Translations under genes and position numbers: made by a program
DNA from: Candidatus Nanohaloarchaea archaeon
Lineage (GTDB): Archaea > EX4484-52 > DAOVKX01
Direction of reading: 5' to 3'
NCBI GenBank assembly: GCA_030631505.1
Contig: DAOVKX010000001.1
Coordinates: forward strand, 1-41,121
Length of the DNA: 41,121 nt
Shown: positions 26,679 through 35,597 of the stretch, piece after piece
Position numbering within the stretch: position 1 is the first letter of the stretch
Layout: each line of letters opens with the position of its first letter
The notes under the pieces: model-generated
Told to the model about the DNA's origin: nothing
The model's database searches: none
What the model saw: the letters and a program-made list of their open reading frames with translations, nothing else

Positions 26679-26926
26679 AATATATTATATGCAAACTTCA
26701 TATTTAACTTTTATTGGTGTTTTTCTAATAACCCCTTCAGATATACAGAGTTTTTGCAGGTTTTATCCGTTCCTGAGCAAAAATTCGGGTCAAGGCTCTG
26801 CAAGAGCCGAGCCCGTTAATCGCTGTTAAACGCCCCCCAGATAGTGGGGGAAAATTGCGTCCGCAGAGTTACCCTGAAGCCGAGCCATTACGAAAATTTA
26901 TTAAACATAATCGTTATAGATATGTT

Positions 26927-27994
26927 ATGAATATAAAAATGCTAGAATTATTAAAGACCAGCAAAGAGGTTATTCAAGATTGTTCCTTATCAAATGGTGC
27001 AATTGTTGCAGCAAATTCTACTCAATCGTACTTTCCAAAAGAAGCAAAGTTTTACAAATTTGTTTGGCCAAGAGATGCAATGTATACATGTATTGCAGCT
27101 GATATCTTAGGATTAAAAATCCAAGAGAAATTTTTCAAGTGGTGTATAAAAGCAGAAGGTTGGAATAGAACCGGATTATTTTATGAAAAATATTATATTA
27201 ATGGGAAGAAAGCATCGCATCATTTTCAACCAGATCAAACTGGTAGTGTTCTGATTGCAATTTATGATTATTATAAAAACAACAAAAAAGAATGTAAAAA
27301 ATTTGAAGAACTTATTACAAAATCTGCAAATGGTTTGTGTAAGGTGTGGAATAAAGATCATTTCAAATTAGTTACCCAAGATTTATGGGAAGAACGTCTA
27401 TGTTTCCCTGATTTAAAAGAGAATTTTACATACTCTTTAGCAATCTGTGCGAAAGGCTTGGAATGTGCGAGTAAGTTAATCCAAAACAAAACATGGGAAA
27501 AAACTTCAAATGAAATGAAAAAAGTATTACTAAGAAATTTCAAGAATAAGTTTTATCGTTCTTTTGGAAAGGTAAATGATGAAAGAATTGATGCATCTTT
27601 ATTGGGTTTAATGTGGCCCTCAGAAGTAATTTCTACTAAAGATGAAAGAATGAAAAAAACAATAGAAATAATTGAAGACAAAATTGTTAACAATTGGGGG
27701 ATTTATCGTTACGAAAATGATGAATATGATGGTTGGATGTATAAAAAGAAGATACATCGTAAAAAAGGAGCAGGGTATTGGCCGTTATTGAATTTCTGGA
27801 TGGTTATTTATTATCTAAAAGATGGGAACAAAAATAAAGCATTGAAATTTTATAATAAAGTTCTCAAGGATATGAAAAATAAAAAATACATCCCAGAACA
27901 ATTTTTCAATAATAAAATTCAAGTTTCAGTATCTCCTCTTTGCTGGTCTCATTCTATGTTTGTTATCGCATCAAAGAAACTGAAAAACATATAG
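26927..27994 (+). CDS. glycoside hydrolase family 15 (glucoamylase/trehalase-like catalytic domain)
   Basis: FVWPRDAMY, FQPDQTGSVL, QDLWEER (catalytic acid region), IDASLLGL, RYENDEYDG, YWPLLNFWM and YIPEQF (base region) follow GH15 (alpha/alpha)6 motif order. I chose the start at ATG 26927 rather than TTG 26855. The gene is much more AT-rich than its neighbours. Confidence 0.8.
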   Translation: MNIKMLELLKTSKEVIQDCSLSNGAIVAANSTQSYFPKEAKFYKFVWPRDAMYTCIAADILGLKIQEKFFKWCIKAEGWNRTGLFYEKYYINGKKASHHFQPDQTGSVLIAIYDYYKNNKKECKKFEELITKSANGLCKVWNKDHFKLVTQDLWEERLCFPDLKENFTYSLAICAKGLECASKLIQNKTWEKTSNEMKKVLLRNFKNKFYRSFGKVNDERIDASLLGLMWPSEVISTKDERMKKTIEIIEDKIVNNWGIYRYENDEYDGWMYKKKIHRKKGAGYWPLLNFWMVIYYLKDGNKNKALKFYNKVLKDMKNKKYIPEQFFNNKIQVSVSPLCWSHSMFVIASKKLKNI

Positions 27995-28372
27995 GCTCGG
28001 CGAGAGGGCAATTGATTTTATCCTTGCCGGATTATTGCATGATACGCCTTTCACAAAGTTATAAATTTAATCGCATAAGTATTCATATGGGAGACTTACT
28101 CCCTCTTAACTTTAACCTTGAAAAAAGCTGGTTTGAGTGTTTAGAAGAAGTCAGGAAAAACCCTCCGACACCAAAAGAACTCGAAGAATCACGCAGGAGT
28201 ATTTACCATGCGCTTTTGGTTAATCAGGTTGAAAGGGGACGGTATCATCCCCGCTAAGTTATCAGTTCAGACAAAGTGTTAACACGTCTTTTTCTATTAA
28301 AATAAATTACCGACCTTCCTAAATAGAGTTCTCACACATAACTTTAATAATTTTAACAATAAACTTTAGGTA

Positions 28373-29296
28373 ATGAAAAAAATTTCCATAGTTGGTGCAG
28401 GCCAGGTCGGAACTCTTGTGGCGCTTAGAGTGGCGGAAAAAGACCTGGCTGATGTAGTGCTGCTCGACATTGTAGAGGGAATTCCGCAGGGCAGGGCTTT
28501 GGATTTAAAACAGTCAGCGCATATAAGCGGTTTTTCTGTGAACATAACAGGAACCAACGATTACAGTGATATAACCGGTTCTGAAGTCGTGGTTGTAACA
28601 GCGGGCTTTCCGAGAACTCCAGATATGAGCAGGGAAGACCTGATTGAAAAGAACGCAGGGATAATAAAAGAAATTTCTTTGAAAATAAAAGAACTCGCTC
28701 CTGACTCAAAAGTTATAATAGTTACAAATCCTCTGGACATAATGGTGTATCTGGCGATGAAAACAACGGGCTTTCCCCAAGACAGGGTTTTTGGAATGTC
28801 AGGAGTTCTTGACAGCGCAAGGTTTGCAGACTGCATAGCAGACCACTTAAAAGTTCCTGTTAATAGCGTAAACGCGATGGTTCTGGGCGCGCATGGAGAC
28901 ACAATGGTTCCAATATCGAGCCACGCAACAGTCAACGGAGAAAAAATAACGAATTTAATGAACGATGAACAAATTAACAAAACAATAGAAGAAACCCGTA
29001 AAGCCAGTCTTAAAATATTGCAGCATCTTAAAACAGGCAGCACTTCTTTTGCGCCCTCTGCAGCAATAGCGAAAATGATTGAAGCAATACTAAAAGACAA
29101 AAAAGAAGTTCTCCCGGTATCTGCATACCTGAACGGAGAATACGGCTTCAGTGATGTCTGCGTGGGTGTTCCGGCAAGATTAGGCAGAAACGGCATCGGA
29201 GAAATTATAGAGCTGGACATGACAGGCGAGGAAAAAAAACAGTTTGCTGATTCTGTTGAAAGCGTTAAGGAACTGATACAGAAATTAGAAGTATAA
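28373..29296 (+). CDS. mdh: malate dehydrogenase (LDH-like MDH family)
   Basis: MKKISIVGAGQVGT, LLDIVEGIPQGRALD, TAGFPRTPDMSREDL (Arg at the substrate-discriminating position), IIVTNPLD and GAHGDTMVP. Confidence 0.93.
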   Translation: MKKISIVGAGQVGTLVALRVAEKDLADVVLLDIVEGIPQGRALDLKQSAHISGFSVNITGTNDYSDITGSEVVVVTAGFPRTPDMSREDLIEKNAGIIKEISLKIKELAPDSKVIIVTNPLDIMVYLAMKTTGFPQDRVFGMSGVLDSARFADCIADHLKVPVNSVNAMVLGAHGDTMVPISSHATVNGEKITNLMNDEQINKTIEETRKASLKILQHLKTGSTSFAPSAAIAKMIEAILKDKKEVLPVSAYLNGEYGFSDVCVGVPARLGRNGIGEIIELDMTGEEKKQFADSVESVKELIQKLEV

Positions 29297-29511
29297 TTTG
29301 TTGATTAACCAAACTCTCAGGTTATGGAGGTTTATCGTTCTTCAGTTTTTATCTCCCAGTACTTATTTAAGTCAATGAAAAGATTTTTATCCTTTGTTTT
29401 TAATTCACATTTACCAACCCATACTCAACAAATTACTTACAATCATCCTAAAAAGTAGGATAAAAGTAGTATATTAATACTTGTTTTAGTCAAATATACA
29501 ATAGTGATTCT

Positions 29512-30447
29512 ATGCGTGCATTGATAACTGGCGGAGCGGGCTTTATCGGCTCACACCTCTCTGAATATTTGCTGGATAAAGGATACGAAGTTCTGTGTGT
29601 AGACAATTTTCTGACAGGCAGTAAAAAGAATGTGTCGCATCTTCTTGAAAATAAAAATTTTAAACTACTGAACCATGACGTTACAAAACCACTGTTTCTG
29701 GAAGAAGAGATTAATGTTATATTTCATTTTGCAAGTCCTGCAAGCCCCATAGACTATCAGGCGCTCCCCATACCTACCCTGAAAGTCGGCGCATTAGGAA
29801 CGCATAATATGCTTGGGCTGGCCAAAGAAAAAAAAGCCGTTTTTGTATTGGCTTCAACTTCAGAAGTTTATGGAGATCCTTTGGAACACCCACAGCGTGA
29901 AGAATACTGGGGAAATGTCAATCCAATAGGTCCGCGGGGAGTTTATGACGAGGCAAAAAGATACGCAGAAGCGCTGGTTATGGCGTATCACAGGTATCAC
30001 AAACTTGATACAAAAATTGTAAGAATCTTTAACACCTATGGGCCAAGAATGAGGGCAAATGACGGGAGAGCTGTGCCCGCATTCATAACGCAGGCATTGA
30101 AGAATGAGCCGATAACTGTGTTCGGCGATGGAACGCAGACCAGAAGTTTTTGTTATATTTCTGACTTGGTTGAAGGAATTTACAGGTTTAGCATTTCAGA
30201 TATCCACAAACCAGTGAATTTAGGCAATCCGCAGGAAGCAACAGTGCTGGAACTTGCGCAAAAGATAAAAAAGATTGCAAACTCAGATTCAGAAATCAGT
30301 TTTAAACAACTGCCCATAGACGACCCTAAAGTGAGATGTCCCGACATTTCAAGGGCAAGGGAAAAATTAAGCTGGGAGCCAAAAATCAATTTAGATGATG
30401 GCTTGACCAGAACTATTGATTGGTTTAAAAAAGAAGTGATCAAATGA
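29512..30447 (+). CDS. UDP-glucuronate decarboxylase (UDP-xylose synthase, UXS-type SDR)
   Basis: Collinear with UXS enzymes: [81 protein letters not shown] and [11 protein letters not shown]. Confidence 0.85.
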   Translation: MRALITGGAGFIGSHLSEYLLDKGYEVLCVDNFLTGSKKNVSHLLENKNFKLLNHDVTKPLFLEEEINVIFHFASPASPIDYQALPIPTLKVGALGTHNMLGLAKEKKAVFVLASTSEVYGDPLEHPQREEYWGNVNPIGPRGVYDEAKRYAEALVMAYHRYHKLDTKIVRIFNTYGPRMRANDGRAVPAFITQALKNEPITVFGDGTQTRSFCYISDLVEGIYRFSISDIHKPVNLGNPQEATVLELAQKIKKIANSDSEISFKQLPIDDPKVRCPDISRAREKLSWEPKINLDDGLTRTIDWFKKEVIK

Positions 30448-31796
30448 AAATAACTGTTGTTGGTTCAGGATATGTTGGCGTTGTGTCTGCCGCCTGTCTG
30501 GCAGAGCTTGGAAACCATGTTACCTGCATCGACATAGACAAAGAAAAAGTAGAAAAACTAAGCAGGGGAGAAACCACTTTCTTTGAGCCGGGACTCAAAG
30601 AGCTTCTCAGGAAAAATGTTTCAGAAGGTCGGCTGGGAGCAAGTAGTGAATACTATTCTGTGAAAGACAGCGATGTTGTGTTTGTGTGCGTTGGTACGCC
30701 ATCGGGAGATAATGGCTCAATAGACCTGTCTTTTGTCAAATCCGCTGCAGGGCAGATAGGAGAGCAGTTAAAAGAGTCTGATAAATACATAGTAGTTGTT
30801 GTCAGAAGCACTGTAGTTCCAGGAACAACAAGAATGCTTATTGATATTATCGAAGAAACCTTAGGAAAGAAAGCAGGTGCGGGCTTTGGCTTGTGCATGG
30901 TTCCAGAACACCTGGCAGAGGGCTCAGCAGTAAAGGATTTTTTCAGTCCGGATAAGTTAATAATCGGCCAGTATGATGAAAAGTCCGGCGACGTTCTTGA
31001 GAAACTGCTAACTCCTCTGAGACATCAGGAGATAAAGATAAAGAACCTTCTTGACCCGTTGGTAGCAGGGCAGATAAAAGAAGACCTGCATACAATTACT
31101 GCAGATGTAATGAGGAGGTGCTCGCTGGAAGAGGCAGAAGCGGAAAAATACATAAGCAATGCATTTCTGGCGTCAAAAATCTCATTTTCAAACGAGCTTG
31201 CAAACATACTCGAAAACGCAGGCATAAATTATTTTAATGTAAGGGATATGGCATGTCTTGACAAGCGGATTGGCTCAAGATTCACGCAGGCAGGAACAGG
31301 TTTCGGCGGAAGCTGTTTTTCAAAAGATGTCAGGGCTCTGATGAAATTTGCCGAAAACGGTTATGATGCCTTTTTGTTAAATGCTGTTTTGGACAGGAAC
31401 AAAAAACAGCCATATCGTTTGGTTGAACTGGCAAAAAAACTTTTGGGAACTCTTGAAAATAAAAACATAGCAGTTTTGGGCGCAGCATTTAAACCCAATA
31501 CTGATGATTTACGGGACGCCCCATCCTTAAAAATAATCGAAAAACTGCTGGACGAAGGGGCAGAAATCTCTGTTTATGACCCAAAAGCTTCTGATAACCT
31601 TAAAAAGATTTTTAATGATAAAATAAGCTACAGTCCAACAAAAGAAGCATGCATTGAAAAAGCAGATATCTGTCTTATTGTGACCGAATGGGATGAGTTC
31701 AGCGACGAAGCATTCAGGGATAAAATAAGATGTCCTGTGCTTGATGGAAGGGGCTTTTTAAACAATGCAAAAGGAATAGGAAAACCAGAGGTATAA
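30444..31796 (+). CDS. ugd: UDP-glucose 6-dehydrogenase
   Basis: [43 protein letters not shown], catalytic [10 protein letters not shown] and [16 protein letters not shown]. It overlaps the UXS gene by 4 nt (ATGA). Confidence 0.9.
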   Translation: MKITVVGSGYVGVVSAACLAELGNHVTCIDIDKEKVEKLSRGETTFFEPGLKELLRKNVSEGRLGASSEYYSVKDSDVVFVCVGTPSGDNGSIDLSFVKSAAGQIGEQLKESDKYIVVVVRSTVVPGTTRMLIDIIEETLGKKAGAGFGLCMVPEHLAEGSAVKDFFSPDKLIIGQYDEKSGDVLEKLLTPLRHQEIKIKNLLDPLVAGQIKEDLHTITADVMRRCSLEEAEAEKYISNAFLASKISFSNELANILENAGINYFNVRDMACLDKRIGSRFTQAGTGFGGSCFSKDVRALMKFAENGYDAFLLNAVLDRNKKQPYRLVELAKKLLGTLENKNIAVLGAAFKPNTDDLRDAPSLKIIEKLLDEGAEISVYDPKASDNLKKIFNDKISYSPTKEACIEKADICLIVTEWDEFSDEAFRDKIRCPVLDGRGFLNNAKGIGKPEV

Positions 31797-31798
31797 AA

Positions 31799-32644
31799 AT
31801 GATAAAATATGGTGTACTCTTGGCTGCAGGGAAAGGAACGCGTTTAAGGCCGCTAACATTGGCAATACCAAAGGAAGCGCTCCCTGTAGTGGATAAACCC
31901 GCTATCCACCATATAGCCAGCACAATGAAGTCTGCAGGCATAGAGCGGATAATACTCGTTACCGGCTATAAAAAACACGCAATGATGGATTATTTTACAC
32001 ACCCCATAGACGAACTGCATGACGAACACAAGAAAGTCATGAACGAACTTGATGGCCTGGAAATCATTTACACGACCCAGCAGCACCAGAGAGGCATTGC
32101 AGACGCGGTTAATACAGCAAAACCGATTGTGAATGGCAACCCCTTTGTTGTGGTCTTTGGAGACACTTTGATAACTCCTGAAACCTACCTGAAAAAACTG
32201 ATAGAAAAACACACGGAAAACAAGAGAAAAGACCCGAAAACAGTCGCAACAATCGGCGTCATGGAGGTTGAAAACGTAGAGAGATTCGGCATTATCAAGC
32301 ACGACAAAGAGTTCAAAGTTAGCGATATGATTGAAAAACCAAAAAAAGAGGAAGCGCCGTCAAACCTTGCAGCATGTGGGGCTTATGTATTTGAGCCGGA
32401 GATATTTTACGCAATAAATAAAATTATGGGCATGTCTCCAGGGGTGAAAAACGAGTACCAGATAACAGATGCAATAAAGGCATTGATTAATGATAATTAC
32501 TCTGTCTATGCCGTGCCGATACAGGGAGAATATCTGGATATAGGCACAATAAAAGACTATGTTTGCGCTTTCGTAAGAATGGCTATGGCGCATCCGGAAT
32601 ACGGGGAAGCGATTAAGAAAATTGTTAAGAAAAGTGATGATTAG
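31799..32644 (+). CDS. sugar-1-phosphate nucleotidyltransferase, GalU-like (UTP-glucose-1-phosphate uridylyltransferase candidate)
   Basis: LAAGKGTRLRPLTLAIPKEALPVVDKPAI N-terminal NTP-transferase signature, QQHQRGIADAV and VVFGDTL. It starts 2 nt after ugd. The sugar and nucleotide specificity is inferred from context. Confidence 0.75.
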   Translation: MIKYGVLLAAGKGTRLRPLTLAIPKEALPVVDKPAIHHIASTMKSAGIERIILVTGYKKHAMMDYFTHPIDELHDEHKKVMNELDGLEIIYTTQQHQRGIADAVNTAKPIVNGNPFVVVFGDTLITPETYLKKLIEKHTENKRKDPKTVATIGVMEVENVERFGIIKHDKEFKVSDMIEKPKKEEAPSNLAACGAYVFEPEIFYAINKIMGMSPGVKNEYQITDAIKALINDNYSVYAVPIQGEYLDIGTIKDYVCAFVRMAMAHPEYGEAIKKIVKKSDD

Positions 32645-32706
32645 AATATTAAAAGTTATTATCGCCCTTTTTAAATTATTTAATCTTATCTCATTAATAC
32701 TTTTTT

Positions 32707-33762
32707 ATGAAAACAGATGTTCTAATAGTCGGCGCAGGACCAATCGGTTCTTTTCTTGCAAAAAACCTTTCTAAAGAAGGGCTAAAAGTAGTCATGATTG
32801 ACAAGAAATCCGAAATAGGCAAACTGGCATGCTCTGGGTTAATCAGCACAAAATTAAAGAATTTCGTGCAGGTAAAAAAAGAATTTCTTGAACATAAGAT
32901 TAAAGGTTCGGTGTTCCATTCACCGAATTACGCTTTTGAGATAAAGAGAGACAAGACGCAGGCATATGTGGTTGATAGAAAAAAGTTTGACCAATTCTTG
33001 CTTAAGCAGGCAGAAAATTCAGGAGTAAACATTTTCCTGAACACAACATTTTCCGGATTCAGGATGGAAAATTCAGGAATAACTATAAAAACAAAAGAGC
33101 AGGGAATAATCAGATCAAAAATTTTAGTCGGCGCAGACGGAGCCGCAAGTTCTGTCAGGCAGGTTTCCGGGCTGAAAGGCAATCTGGCTTTCGTTAATGG
33201 GGTAATCGCATATTCAAACGAAAAAAACAGTTCTGATTTGGTCGAACTCTTTTACGGAAGAAACATTGCGCCGAATTTCTTTGCATGGAAAATCCCCAGA
33301 GGAGAAACAACAGAGTATGGGCTCGCTGCAGGCAGGAACCACTTTGCATATTTCAGAAAATTTCTCAAAACGCAGAATGCAACAGTGAAAGATTTTTATT
33401 CACACCCTATTTGTTTTGGAGAACAGGAAACTGTTTCGGACAGATTGATTTTAGTAGGCGACGCTGCAGCGCAGGTAAAACCATTTTCCGGAGGCGGAAT
33501 AATTTATGGGTTGATATCCGCAGAAATTGCAAAAAAGGCAATTCTAAACTCTTTTGAATCAGGCAATTTTACTAACGCTTTTTTGAAAAGTTCATACGAG
33601 AACATATGGAAAAAAGAACTATGGAGCAGAATTGAACTCGGACTGCACATAAGAAAAATTCTGGATTCATTGAGCGATAAAGAACTTGATACTTTTTTTA
33701 AAACTTTAAATGAACATTCCGGAGAATTAAAAGACTTTGCAGATATGGATTTTTTGAGTTAG
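32707..33762 (+). CDS. geranylgeranyl-reductase-family FAD-dependent oxidoreductase
   Basis: DVLIVGAGPIGSFLA dinucleotide-binding motif, C-S-G-L-I-S, VGADGAASSVR and LVGDAAAQVKPFSGGGIIYG, as in GGR/digeranylgeranylglycerophospholipid reductase homologues. It is shorter (351 aa) than typical lipid GGRs. Confidence 0.8.
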   Translation: MKTDVLIVGAGPIGSFLAKNLSKEGLKVVMIDKKSEIGKLACSGLISTKLKNFVQVKKEFLEHKIKGSVFHSPNYAFEIKRDKTQAYVVDRKKFDQFLLKQAENSGVNIFLNTTFSGFRMENSGITIKTKEQGIIRSKILVGADGAASSVRQVSGLKGNLAFVNGVIAYSNEKNSSDLVELFYGRNIAPNFFAWKIPRGETTEYGLAAGRNHFAYFRKFLKTQNATVKDFYSHPICFGEQETVSDRLILVGDAAAQVKPFSGGGIIYGLISAEIAKKAILNSFESGNFTNAFLKSSYENIWKKELWSRIELGLHIRKILDSLSDKELDTFFKTLNEHSGELKDFADMDFLS

Positions 33763-33865
33763 GTTTTTGATAAACCTATGTGGGTTTGTTAAAACAATTA
33801 TTAGCAGAAATATTGCTCAACATTTGCTCAACCAATTTAAATAGTTTTTTATGTAATTGCGTTGT

Positions 33866-34594
33866 ATGTCTGCGAATAAAAAAGAAATAAGATTAGGCAA
33901 TACTAACTATTTAGTAATAGATTTGACCCAACCTTTGGGTTTGAATGTGGAAGTTTATCCTGGCGACCCAGAACCAAAAAGAAAAGTGTTTAGTGATATC
34001 CAAAAAACTGGATGGCATCATTATATCCACGAAATCGGAGACCATAATTTTCAACCACATGGAGATGCACCTAACCACCAAAATCCAGAACTACAAAATG
34101 AAGGGATAGAAATTTTTGGTCTTGACTATTGTTTTAATTCTGCTTGTTTGATAGATTTATCTAATTCGCCCGAAGCCAAGAAATTTGATGGTATAAACTA
34201 TTTGGTTGAGGTGAAAAAAAAGCATCTTGAACCATTTTCTGAACATCTTTCACAAGTAGGAGCGGTTTTAATACGAACAGGTTATGATAAATGGTTAGAG
34301 GCAAATAAGCCCCACACTCCTGAGAACCTTCCTTATTTAAATAAGGACACTGCAGAATTTGTTGCATCTTTTGATAATATTAATGTGGTAGGTATTGATT
34401 CTTTAACTATAGACTCTGTTGGAAAACACACATCCCACCAACTATTAAAAGAGAAAATGATAGTGGAATCATTGGTGCATCTTTATGAAATTCCAGCAGA
34501 AGCAAGAGAAAAATTTGATTTACAGACAAGCCCTATAAGAATAGTTGGTGCAACAGGAGGACCTGTTGTCGCTTATGCATTTATTGAACTCTAA
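33866..34594 (+). CDS. cyclase-family protein (kynurenine formamidase-like fold)
   Basis: IDLTQPL ... YPGDP, PHGDAPNH (variant of H-x-D-A-P-x-H), LIRTGY, VGIDSLTIDS and a C-terminal GATGGPVVAYA follow the putative-cyclase (arylformamidase) motif order. I chose the start at ATG 33866. Confidence 0.6.
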   Translation: MSANKKEIRLGNTNYLVIDLTQPLGLNVEVYPGDPEPKRKVFSDIQKTGWHHYIHEIGDHNFQPHGDAPNHQNPELQNEGIEIFGLDYCFNSACLIDLSNSPEAKKFDGINYLVEVKKKHLEPFSEHLSQVGAVLIRTGYDKWLEANKPHTPENLPYLNKDTAEFVASFDNINVVGIDSLTIDSVGKHTSHQLLKEKMIVESLVHLYEIPAEAREKFDLQTSPIRIVGATGGPVVAYAFIEL

Positions 34595-35495
34595 AATACT
34601 TCTTTACAACATATCCAAAACCAATCAAAACTAAATTTGTTGGAATTTGATATAAAGTTACCAGAAGTAAAGTTTTGGGACCAAAAAATTCTGCTGCAAA
34701 AACTATTGCAAGAGTGGAGTTCATGTAAGCTGTTGAAAGGGAAGAAGTAATTCTGGTTTTGTTATCTCTTTTATAAATAGCACAATATCCAATAATATGC
34801 AGTAAAAGTGCTAAAACAAATAGTAAAAAGAACGGATAAATTATCGAGTTTCCACCATCAAGGGCCCGTATAACATTAACTTTTGCAATAGCACCAGCCA
34901 TAATAAGTGTAATAATTAGTATTGATACCTGAGAATAATATTTTTCAGTGTTATGTATAGCAGCTTTCCCAATTTTCCTGAATAATATTGATAGAATAAA
35001 TGGAACAAAAATAATCATACTTAAACTACCAAACATTTGAAACAAATTTATATTTGTCTGGATCCCAGCTAAAAAATGTATTAGAAAAGGGATTGTTAGA
35101 GGGCATAAAAGCGAGGTTATTACTGAAACAATCAACGCTAATTCGCTGTCTCCTTTAAAAATAGTTGCATAAACAGGAGTACTCATGCCTGCAGGCATAG
35201 TAAGTAAAATAAGTATTGCAAGATCATACTCTAATTCCAGAAAACTATTAAAAATAAACTAAACAAACGAAGGCACTATAATTAATATTAAAAATACTAA
35301 ATAAACTATTAATTTTAAATCTCTAATTTTTCTAAACAGTTTATTTATATCAATTTTTAAACAACTAAGAAAAAGAACAAACATCAGCATATGAAGAATA
35401 TATGGAGTGAATAGTGACGAGAACGGTAAAAAAATTCCTGCCAAGATACCTAAAATAAACAATATCCAAAAATATTTAGTGATAAATTCAAACAT
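34581..35495 (-). pseudogene. bile acid:Na+ symporter (BASS/SBF)-family transporter interrupted by one in-frame TAG
   Basis: The two track ORFs (35259-35495 and 34581-35198) are in the same frame. Reading through the TAG at 35259-35261 gives a continuous ~304-residue protein. TMPAGMSTPVYATIFKGDSELALIVSVITSLLCPLTIPFL then falls about 100 residues in, where BASS proteins carry their CPGG/ ... GD ... L-x-P-L-x-x-P motif. Confidence 0.7.
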
Positions 35496-35597
35496 AGTAT
35501 TATGGGAAAGTGCAAGATATATAATGTTTCCAATTTTTTAGCAAAATGTAAAAACAAATAACAAATATTTATATTCTCCTCACTTAATTAATCTGAT

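Noticed and set aside
26855-26926. The TTG-initiated 5' extension of the GH15 ORF.
   Set aside because: The extension is GC-rich spacer-like sequence containing the repeat and hairpin elements. The conserved GH15 domain begins shortly after ATG 26927, and composition changes sharply there.
27940-28257. A 105-aa ORF overlapping the GH15 3' end, with an internal ATG at 28087 that would give a 56-aa protein.
   Set aside because: It has no recognisable motif, its 5' part overlaps GH15 in another frame, and only weak support (an open frame ending in a GGGGA/TCCCC hairpin). That is not enough to call a gene.
28561-29220. Long antisense ORFs opposite conserved genes: 219 aa opposite mdh, and also 7653-8300, 15430-15906, 21625-21945 and 35942-36517.
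   Set aside because: Each lies fully inside, or bridges, genes with strong family motifs on the other strand and has low-complexity composition with no motif. They are typical shadow frames in AT-rich coding DNA.
31000-31140. An apparent ~20-aa insertion in UDP-glucose dehydrogenase ([34 protein letters not shown]) relative to the layout I remember.
   Set aside because: I cannot verify this without a real alignment. The length difference from typical Ugd is modest and the catalytic motifs are intact.
35259-35261. TAG reassignment (pyrrolysine or another sense reading) as the explanation for the in-frame stop in the BASS gene.
   Set aside because: TAG also terminates several conserved genes in this window at their expected C-termini: the M24 peptidase at 5806-5808, the PolD small subunit at 16547-16549, GH15 at 27992-27994, the GGR-like gene at 33760-33762 and the TctA-like gene at 21723-21725. 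No other conserved gene here has an internal TAG. A nonsense mutation or sequencing error is more parsimonious, though a genome-wide survey would be needed to be certain.
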